DNA of 32,000 nucleotides, from the NCBI GenBank assembly GCA_041659405.1, contig JBAZYK010000001.1:1-32000 (forward strand), written 5' to 3'. Position numbers and translations under genes: made by a program. The DNA comes from Candidatus Altimarinota bacterium (GTDB taxonomy: Bacteria; Patescibacteriota; Gracilibacteria; UBA1369). Shown here in pieces: positions 6,986 to 13,874 of this stretch (the first letter of the stretch is position 1; each line of letters begins with the position of its first letter). The notes below the pieces were generated by a model. It saw only the letters and a program-made list of their open reading frames with translations, was not told the origin of the DNA and searched no databases.

Positions 6986-8278
6986 ATGGATTTTATTCAA
7001 GATTTAACCAAAAAAATTATGCAAACAAATCTTCAAAAAACGGCACTGAAAACGGAAGTAGATTTTCTAAAGATTTCTGCGGGCGAAATCAAACCAGCAC
7101 AAAAAATAACGGTTCAGGAAAAATTTCTGCATGAAAAATTTGTGACCTTTGGGAAAAACGCCAAAGAGTGGACACGCAAATGCATTCTCCTTTTGCTCGA
7201 AATCGAAAAACACGAAATCTGGAAAAAGAAAAACTTTTCCTGCATTAACGAATATGCGGCAAAACTGGCTGGCATGAGCCATGATCTCGTGAATGATTCT
7301 TTAAGAGTACTTCATTTCATTGAAGATAAACCGGCACTTATGAAAGTTGTAGAAATGAAGGGCATCAACGCGGTACGAGCGGTTATCACGATTGCCACAA
7401 AAGAAACTGCTGAATTTTGGGCCGAAAAAGCCATGACCATGAGCAAACATACCCTGGAAGTTTATGTGCGAGAATTTCGTGCGCGCATGCAGGTTGAAGC
7501 TGATAAAAATCTTCAGGGAAAGTCAGACATTAGTGAAGCGGAAATCGGTGCAAAAAATGACGCTGAAAATTGGGAGAAATTCCGTCCCGGGACGGCGGAA
7601 ATGGTTAAAAATCAGCAGCTGCAAGCCAAATTAAATTTTGGCGAAATTAAGATCATGGCTGAAATAGATTTTGGTCAATTGCCAAAAACCGACAATGCGG
7701 ATAGTTCCAATTCCGAACGCAATATGGAATCAAGTATTTTAGAAAATTTGCGCAACAATCTAAAGCTTGAAAATCCTAGAGATGAAGATCAAACAACTCC
7801 AAAAAAACTCGTCGCAATGCAGCTTGATCCGCAAATCTTGGCTCAACTGGAAAAATTAAAAGGCGAAAATGGCGATTGGAATGATCTGATGAAACAACTT
7901 TTGCAGATGCGCGAAGATCATCTTGAAGAGCAAAAACCGGAATCTGTGAAGACTGACTCGCGGCATATTCCGGCCAAAATTGACCGCTATGTTACTTCAA
8001 GAACCAATGGCCAGTGCGCATTCCCGGGCTGCAATAAAAAACTCAACATTAAACACCACACGCAAAGATTCGCGCTCGAAAAAATTCACGACTCTGATCG
8101 GCTTTATGGCTTATGCAAGGCACACGAACGGATTGCGCATTTGGGGTTAATCGAGAATGAAGATTTGTCGCCAAAGTTGTGGAAAGTGCGGGCGGGCGCG
8201 GATACAACCAGCGAAATTGGCAAGGCAAAGTATGCGATTGATCAGGTTGTGCAGAAGTTTAGGGCTTCGCCCGCGTGA
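6986..8278 (+). CDS. HNH endonuclease-domain protein (DUF222-like architecture)
   Basis: The C-terminal segment CAFPGCNKKLNIKHHTQRF...LCKAHERIAHLG has the CxxC...HH...CxxH spacing of an HNH motif. A long helical N-terminal region precedes it. Confidence 0.65.
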   Translation: MDFIQDLTKKIMQTNLQKTALKTEVDFLKISAGEIKPAQKITVQEKFLHEKFVTFGKNAKEWTRKCILLLLEIEKHEIWKKKNFSCINEYAAKLAGMSHDLVNDSLRVLHFIEDKPALMKVVEMKGINAVRAVITIATKETAEFWAEKAMTMSKHTLEVYVREFRARMQVEADKNLQGKSDISEAEIGAKNDAENWEKFRPGTAEMVKNQQLQAKLNFGEIKIMAEIDFGQLPKTDNADSSNSERNMESSILENLRNNLKLENPRDEDQTTPKKLVAMQLDPQILAQLEKLKGENGDWNDLMKQLLQMREDHLEEQKPESVKTDSRHIPAKIDRYVTSRTNGQCAFPGCNKKLNIKHHTQRFALEKIHDSDRLYGLCKAHERIAHLGLIENEDLSPKLWKVRAGADTTSEIGKAKYAIDQVVQKFRASPA

Positions 8279-8347
8279 TTAGAAAGTGCAACGAGAACTC
8301 TCCCGCGTGATCAGCAGGTGTGAAAATTCAGAGCGTCACCCGCGTAG
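8239..8347 (+). repeat. three tandem degenerate 35-40 nt units, each a copy of the HNH gene's last codons
   Basis: The units at 8239-8278, 8276-8310 and 8308-8347 each start TGAT(C/T)AG and end (C/T)CCCGCGT(GA/AG). Units 1 and 3 match at 27 of 40 positions ungapped. Confidence 0.7.
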
Positions 8348-8370
8348 AGAAAAACTTGCGAATGATCGTT

Positions 8371-9111
8371 TTATTCCGCGTCCCCTTCTTCATCGTGACG
8401 GTGGCCTTTTTTTTCGTGACGGTCCCCTTCTTCTTCATGATGGTGCCCTTTTTCTTGTGCGCCGATCATAATTACAAACTCGCCTTTGGGCTGTTTTGCT
8501 TTGAAATAAGCCAAGGCTTCTTCCGGGGTTCCGCGGAAAAATTCTTCAAACATTTTGGTAAGTTCGCGGCCGATCACAATTGTTCGTCCGCTAAAATACT
8601 GCACGCATTCGCCTAAAGTTTTTATGATGCGATGCGGTGATTCGTAAAAAACGATTGTTCTTTTTTCTTCTTGCAGCGCTTTAAAAGCCGTTTGGCGTCC
8701 TTTTTTTAAAGGCAAAAATCCAATATATAAAAACTGGTTAATCGGCAATCCCGAAGCCGAAAGAGCAGTCAAAAATGCAGATGCGCCCGGAATAGGTGTT
8801 ACCGGAATTTTGTGTTCCAGCGCAGCTTTAACCAACACATAACCAGGATCGGAAATTCCCGGAGTTCCAGCATCCGAAACCAGCGCAATGCTTTTTCCTT
8901 CACTTAAAATCGCCAAAAGTTCGTGCAATTTTCTTTCATCGCTCCACGCATGAAAACTGATTGTTGGCTTATGGATCTCGTATTTATCGAGCAGAATTTT
9001 AACGTGACGTGTATCTTCCGCCGCAATGTAATCAACCTCTTTTAAGATTCTTAAAGCGCGCAAAGTGATGTCTTCCAGATTTCCGATTGGTGTAGCTACA
9101 ATGTAAAGCAT
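8371..9111 (-). CDS. rsmI: 16S rRNA (cytidine1402-2'-O)-methyltransferase
   Basis: MLYIVATPIGNLEDITLRALRILKEVDYIAAEDTR is the tetrapyrrole-methylase-fold RsmI signature. The ORF has an extra His/Glu-rich tail. Confidence 0.9.
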   Translation of the reverse strand: MLYIVATPIGNLEDITLRALRILKEVDYIAAEDTRHVKILLDKYEIHKPTISFHAWSDERKLHELLAILSEGKSIALVSDAGTPGISDPGYVLVKAALEHKIPVTPIPGASAFLTALSASGLPINQFLYIGFLPLKKGRQTAFKALQEEKRTIVFYESPHRIIKTLGECVQYFSGRTIVIGRELTKMFEEFFRGTPEEALAYFKAKQPKGEFVIMIGAQEKGHHHEEEGDRHEKKGHRHDEEGDAE

Positions 9112-9124
9112 GGGGATTTGTTGA

Positions 9125-9148
9125 GATAAAAAATGTGGCGAATTCGCC
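9125..9148 (-). terminator. weak hairpin plus U-run after tsaB
   Basis: The palindrome GGCGAATTCGCC (9137-9148) is followed on the minus strand by ACATTTTTTAT. Confidence 0.3.
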
Positions 9149-9165
9149 GGACAGAAGGCATTTTT

Positions 9166-9831
9166 TTAAGTAAATACCGGTTTTTTGCTTGCGGTGATAT
9201 TTGGTTTTTGCAAATAATTTGGTTTAACCATTTTGTGTTTTGGACTCTTTGCCAGCAATTCAATTATCGCTTTACCAAAGCTTTTTTCAGCATTTTGTGG
9301 TAGCAATTTCAGTTTTGCCGTTTTCAGGATTTTCTGAATTTCTGCTTGTTGTTCCTTCTTAAAATCCAGCAGGGCGTATTGTAAACCTTTTTCATGATTT
9401 AACCATAATCCAAGTTCTTCTCGACTTATTATTTTTGGCGCTTTTAAGCCTTTTTTCATCACGGCCACCTGTCCCCCGCCGGCACTAATTATAATCGCAG
9501 TTTTGTTTTTTGCAGATAGACTGATTTTGGCCTGCAGCAAATCAAAAGTCGTGCAGGATTTCATTGGAACGTTTAATCCAAATCCCAAAGCGTTTCCAAT
9601 AGTTACGCCGACTCTTAAACCGGTAAAAGAGCCTGGACCGCTCACTACAAAGAGCATTCCAACATCTTTATAATTAAGTCCGCTCTTTTTTAAAATCCCC
9701 CTAATTGCCGAAGGGATTTTTTCAGCTTCATTTTTATTGGAAATCCAGGACTTTTCCGCAAGCACTTTCCGGTTTTTAATCAGCGCTATTTCCGTTTTGT
9801 TGGTCGCGCTGTTTATTCCTAAAACTATCAT
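9166..9831 (-). CDS. tsaB: tRNA t6A37 biosynthesis protein TsaB
   Basis: The 221-aa size and the VSGPGSFTGLRVGVTIGNALG motif are characteristic of TsaB (YeaZ). Confidence 0.8.
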   Translation of the reverse strand: MIVLGINSATNKTEIALIKNRKVLAEKSWISNKNEAEKIPSAIRGILKKSGLNYKDVGMLFVVSGPGSFTGLRVGVTIGNALGFGLNVPMKSCTTFDLLQAKISLSAKNKTAIIISAGGGQVAVMKKGLKAPKIISREELGLWLNHEKGLQYALLDFKKEQQAEIQKILKTAKLKLLPQNAEKSFGKAIIELLAKSPKHKMVKPNYLQKPNITASKKPVFT

Positions 9832-9846
9832 TGAAAAATAAAAATG

Positions 9847-9875
9847 GAGCTCGCTCCGCTTGCACTTCGTGCGCG
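9847..9875 (+). repeat. GC-rich dispersed element, short form (copy A)
   Basis: GAGCTCGCTCCGCTTGC|ACTTCGTGCGCG equals the copy at 13749 minus its central 13 nt. Confidence 0.7.
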
Positions 9876-9961
9876 ATCGCCCCGATTATATTGCATTACC
9901 CCAAAGTTTCAAAATGGAACTATTCCCGTTTGTATTTCGTCGTGCCGCCCATATCGGGCAT

Positions 9962-10249
9962 CTATTTTCTTTTTCTATTCTTTTGTGACATTTTAGTTCT
10001 TTTGCGCTGAAGACTTAAAATTGACCTCTGTAAGTGGTTAATCAGCTCACCGATTTCCTCGCCCCCCTGCTTTTCGCCTCTTTTGATGTAGTCCTGCAGC
10101 TTAACAACTGCAAAATGAATGATTTTTTGATCAGCATTTTGCTGGGTTTCAATTTTCCTCATGAAAAATTGTCGCAGGCCTATCTTGGGAGTTTTTTTGG
10201 GTTCTTTTGAACCCTTTTCGTCTGTTTCGCTGGGGATAAGCTTAAGCAT
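9962..10249 (-). CDS. hypothetical small basic protein
   Basis: 95-aa ORF lying 12 nt downstream of the amidase gene on the same strand, with a Lys/Arg-rich C-terminus. No family was recognised. Confidence 0.35.
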   Translation of the reverse strand: MLKLIPSETDEKGSKEPKKTPKIGLRQFFMRKIETQQNADQKIIHFAVVKLQDYIKRGEKQGGEEIGELINHLQRSILSLQRKRTKMSQKNRKRK

Positions 10250-10261
10250 AATTTTTTGTTT

Positions 10262-13200
10262 TTAATAGATTTTTTGAATATCTACACCCTGGTAATAATA
10301 TTTAATGATCTCCTGATATGTTTTTCCGGCTTTAGCCATACCAAGTGATCCACAGCCACTTAAACCAACACCATGGCCAGCCATTGCCTTGCCGGCGCAA
10401 TATGGGTCCGTAACGCTCGTAAGATAAGGAGTGTCTTTCCAACCCCAAACCTCTTCGGCGCTGCGGGTTCGTCCATCATCAGAACTGAAATAAGGTGTTT
10501 TAATGACTTTGCCTTGATAAGTAACAACCATTCCGGCTGTATCGTTAACCGCTTTTACCGTGTTTGACTGGTTCTTTTCGTAACTGTAGCCCATATATTT
10601 TTGGGAAGTCTGAGGATCATCGGTTAAATTAAATGGCGCCCCCGGGAATTTTTGAGCAACTTTGATGTAATACAAAGCGTAACTTCTGGAAATAATCAGA
10701 ATTGTTTTAATTTTCTCAATTGGCTCAGAGTCGTTAATTTCGCCTGTTCCCTTCAGGTAATCTTCAAGTGGAAGTTCATTGATTGTATGAAGTTCCTTGT
10801 TATATAAATGTACTTCCAGAATTCCTTTAAATTCATTGTTATTAACCGAAGTATTCCAGGGATTTCGGCGATCAAAATTATCAATTCTTAAAATTGCACC
10901 ATTTGTAGAATAAAATCTTGGAGGTGTGGTAACCGTTAAGTTAATCTGATTGCCTTTAATGTAGTAATTATTTTGATCGGCCGTGACTGAAACCTTTTCA
11001 TTGGCCTGAAATGTGGCAAGATCTTCTGTTCCGTTTTGTAGAGCAAAAGGCCCATTTGCGGAAATAATCGCCGGACTGCCACGGAAGCTTAAATCAATTC
11101 TAATATTTGGATTGGAAATTTGTGAAATAGTTGGAGCCGTAACAGGTTGAGGATTAAGCGTTGGCGCAGATTGAACCGGCGTTTGTACAGTTGGCTGTAC
11201 AGGTGTTTGTCCCGCGCTGCTGGAAGTTTGTTTTTGAATTTGAAGACCAAAATAGAAAGGTCGTGGCAATAAATTATTTTTCCCAATTTTCGGCATGATA
11301 TTTAGTGGATAAGTGCCTTCAGCTGCAGGCCCCTGCATGGTTATGTCAATGGTTGCGACTTGTCCCGGATCAACCTTGTCTTCTTCCATGTGCGTATCCA
11401 CAATGTTGATGTTTTTTGGGTTACTGATGCTAAATTCCATCTTGTTATCGCCTGTCTTATTCCAGGTTGTACCACCAAGATTTTGGATTTTAAACCACAT
11501 CATTTTCTGTTCGCCCGGCAAAACCTGACGGCTGCCAATCATATCAACGGGATTTGCGGCAAATTCTTTTTGATAAACATAAAGTTTGAAACTGTTTTTT
11601 TTGTTAGCAAACCAGGTTATTCCCTCCATCAGCGGAGTAAAATATTCCTGATAAAGTCCTTCCGACTTTGGTGCTTTTATTTGAAATGTAAAATGGCCGA
11701 TTTCACCCGGCTTCACCTGATTTTCCGTAAGATTTGCCAGACGATTACTTGGCTTAACAAGGAGTTTATTAACATGATCACGTTTATTATCTGCGCCTAA
11801 AACTAATTTATTTTTACCGGTTTTTTCCCAGGTAATATTGCCGGTATTTTTTAATGTAACGGTCGCATTTGTAACCACACCTTTCTTTAAAAACGGCTTA
11901 TCAAGAACAATACTCTGCATTTCGTAATCATAAATCGGTGGTGTTACTTGCGCCGGAACACGAAGATATTTTTCAACTTTAATCGAGCCATTAATAATTG
12001 GAGCAAATTCCACATTGATGATTCCGGGGACATAATTTGACTGCATCCGGATCTGGAATGCGGCCGTATCACCCACTTTTATTTCATGATCAATCGCATT
12101 GGATTTTATATTGTCGGCCGATTTGAAAAAAGTTCCGGTGGTTTCATCAGAACTCAAAACCAAAAACGTTCCTATCCCCCAAGAAGTTGGTCCATTATTT
12201 TTTAAAGAAATATTGATTGTTTTGTTTTCATCCGGTCCAAATTGTAAAAATGGAACCGTATTTGCCAAACTATAATCGTATAGTTTATTTGCGGCTAACT
12301 CCGGCCATTTATTAATAATTTTTGGAGCAGTGTCCATTTTGGCTGACAAGCGAATTTGCGGAAATTTATCATATAATTTCTGGCCGGGACATGTTGTAGA
12401 CATAACGTTTCTGTGACCTAAAACGTTAGCCATATTTTCCCCTCTAAACATGGAACTGCCGGTAGGATCAATGTTGTACTCCTGGCTTTTTGCCTTAACA
12501 AACGCCGTTAATGATGTTGTGACCGCATCGGGAACATCGTTTGCATCGTAATTACCAAGTACCGCTATGCCAATCGAACCATTGTTGGCGTTTCCGGCAT
12601 GAGCAGCGATCACACTACCTCCACCGGCACGACCTTCGTAAATATTGCCTTGTGGGTCAACAATGTAGTTATAACCAATATCGCCCCAACCTCTACTAAT
12701 GGCATGCCAATAATAAATATCACGAATGGCCTGCATTGGATTATCCAGGTTTTTGGTTGTGGCGGTGTGATGAATAATTATTTTAGAAACTTTTTCGGGA
12801 TACTGCTGCGGCCAGGTTAAAAAGTTTCCGTTTGAATCTTTATCAATAGTTTTTACAACTTTAAGTTCACTGGCAAATTTTTGTATATAATCCGAAGTCG
12901 TTTTTACTATTTGGGCACCGGGATTACTTGATTTATAAACACGAAGACTTTCATCCGCGCCCCACTGCGAACGGGAAATAATTTTTAAACCGTTTGGATC
13001 GGCAAAAGTTGTTGCCGCTGCAATAAATGATGAATTTACCGATGCAGCAAACGCAGTTTTTGAGCTCGCTTTGCTTGTGGTAGAAATAGGCACTTTGCGC
13101 GTGTTTGAATCGTTCTTATATAAGGGAGTGATATTTATCACTTGGCCTTCTTGATTGAGGTTGCCCGTGTTGGCGGACTGATTATGTATATAGGTAAACT

Positions 13201-13615
13201 TCATGTTATCAACGGCTGGCATCGATTTTGCGTCCATTCCGGAAAGAGCTACCTTATATTGAAAAGTATCGGTTGAATTCATTGGCAAAAAGGCTTCCGG
13301 ATTTGCTGAATCCGCCTCATTAACACCATCAATATCAGGTTGAATCAAATACCATTGGCCCCACTGATTTTGATTTTGCAATCTTACATAAACTGCAACA
13401 CTCGCTCCTGTTGGAATATTTTGATGCCAACTGATGCCAAGTGCCGTAAAAGGCGTTGGGGCTTTTTGAACTTCAGAAATAAAGTCAGAAGTTTGGGGAT
13501 TAACGGTTTCCGGGTAATTGGCTTTTAAACTCTGTAATGGTGAAGAAAAAATACCAAGCACCAAAGCTCCGCTGATCAACTTTTTCAAAACAATTTTTAA
13601 GATACTGCTTTTCAT
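10262..13615 (-). CDS. secreted peptidoglycan hydrolase: amidase_2 (PGRP-type) domain, three Ig-like repeats and a C-terminal SpoIID/LytB domain
   Basis: Signal-peptide-like N-terminus. The amidase domain spans about nt 12341-12988 (IIIHHTATT...GWGDIGYNYIVD...AAHAGNANNGSIGIAVLGNY). Three xLKNxGxxxW repeats follow. The SpoIID-like region spans about nt 10265-11098 (LEDYLKG...QKYMGYSYE...TPYFSSDDGRTRSAEEVWG). Confidence 0.85.
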   Translation of the reverse strand: MKSSILKIVLKKLISGALVLGIFSSPLQSLKANYPETVNPQTSDFISEVQKAPTPFTALGISWHQNIPTGASVAVYVRLQNQNQWGQWYLIQPDIDGVNEADSANPEAFLPMNSTDTFQYKVALSGMDAKSMPAVDNMKFTYIHNQSANTGNLNQEGQVINITPLYKNDSNTRKVPISTTSKASSKTAFAASVNSSFIAAATTFADPNGLKIISRSQWGADESLRVYKSSNPGAQIVKTTSDYIQKFASELKVVKTIDKDSNGNFLTWPQQYPEKVSKIIIHHTATTKNLDNPMQAIRDIYYWHAISRGWGDIGYNYIVDPQGNIYEGRAGGGSVIAAHAGNANNGSIGIAVLGNYDANDVPDAVTTSLTAFVKAKSQEYNIDPTGSSMFRGENMANVLGHRNVMSTTCPGQKLYDKFPQIRLSAKMDTAPKIINKWPELAANKLYDYSLANTVPFLQFGPDENKTINISLKNNGPTSWGIGTFLVLSSDETTGTFFKSADNIKSNAIDHEIKVGDTAAFQIRMQSNYVPGIINVEFAPIINGSIKVEKYLRVPAQVTPPIYDYEMQSIVLDKPFLKKGVVTNATVTLKNTGNITWEKTGKNKLVLGADNKRDHVNKLLVKPSNRLANLTENQVKPGEIGHFTFQIKAPKSEGLYQEYFTPLMEGITWFANKKNSFKLYVYQKEFAANPVDMIGSRQVLPGEQKMMWFKIQNLGGTTWNKTGDNKMEFSISNPKNINIVDTHMEEDKVDPGQVATIDITMQGPAAEGTYPLNIMPKIGKNNLLPRPFYFGLQIQKQTSSSAGQTPVQPTVQTPVQSAPTLNPQPVTAPTISQISNPNIRIDLSFRGSPAIISANGPFALQNGTEDLATFQANEKVSVTADQNNYYIKGNQINLTVTTPPRFYSTNGAILRIDNFDRRNPWNTSVNNNEFKGILEVHLYNKELHTINELPLEDYLKGTGEINDSEPIEKIKTILIISRSYALYYIKVAQKFPGAPFNLTDDPQTSQKYMGYSYEKNQSNTVKAVNDTAGMVVTYQGKVIKTPYFSSDDGRTRSAEEVWGWKDTPYLTSVTDPYCAGKAMAGHGVGLSGCGSLGMAKAGKTYQEIIKYYYQGVDIQKIY

Positions 13616-13638
13616 GGGCTGTAGATTTATATTACAAA

Positions 13639-13647
13639 ATTATATCA
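13639..13647 (-). promoter_or_regulatory. extended -10 (TGaTATAAT) for the hydrolase gene
   Basis: The minus strand reads TGATATAAT 23 nt upstream of the ATG at 13615. Confidence 0.35.
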
Positions 13648-13748
13648 TTTTCTACCTTTTTCTACAACAAATAAGGCTGATTATAAAGCCTAAAGAGCTC
13701 CCCCCTTTAGATATTTATGGTGTAGTAACCTTTGGCTTTTAGGGAGTT

Positions 13749-13790
13749 GAGCTCGCTACGCTCGCGGTGGATATAGGCACTTCGTGCGTG
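13749..13790 (+). repeat. GC-rich dispersed element, full form (copy B)
   Basis: GAGCTCGCTACGCTCGCGGTGGATATAGGCACTTCGTGCGTG matches the copy at 16554 at 35 of 42 positions by manual count. Confidence 0.8.
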
Positions 13791-13806
13791 TTAGTTAAAA
13801 AAATTC

Positions 13807-13835
13807 TTGCCTTTCTTGTTTATTTTTACTAATAT
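13807..13835 (+). promoter_or_regulatory. sigma70-like promoter TTGCCT-17 nt-TAATAT
   Basis: Hexamers at 13807-13812 and 13830-13835, upstream of the 434-aa ORF. Confidence 0.4.
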
Positions 13836-13874
13836 TAGGGCACTTATCAGGGATTTTGCTTTTATTTTTGGTTC

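Noticed and set aside
8239-8466. Possibility that the short tandem repeats form a CRISPR array
   Set aside because: The units are contiguous or overlapping with no unique spacers, they number only two or three, and they are explained as duplicated coding tails. No cas genes are present.
8286-8616. Two + strand ORFs (61 and 98 aa) rich in Phe, Val and Arg
   Set aside because: They are antisense shadows of the rsmI tail and core. Their repetitive FFxV pattern is just the complement of the His/Glu repeat.
11313-13528. Several 62-146-aa + strand ORFs
   Set aside because: All lie inside, and antisense to, the 1117-aa hydrolase gene, which has strong domain evidence.
13776-13787. Sigma54-like GG...GC promoter within the dispersed element (GGCACTTCGTGC)
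   Set aside because: The spacing between GG and GC is 8 nt rather than the 10 nt required, and no TTGC -12 context is present.
13749-13790. Integron attC-like site (GTTAGTT follows the element)
   Set aside because: The sequence does not fit GTTRRRY, no paired R/L boxes are present, and there is no integrase.
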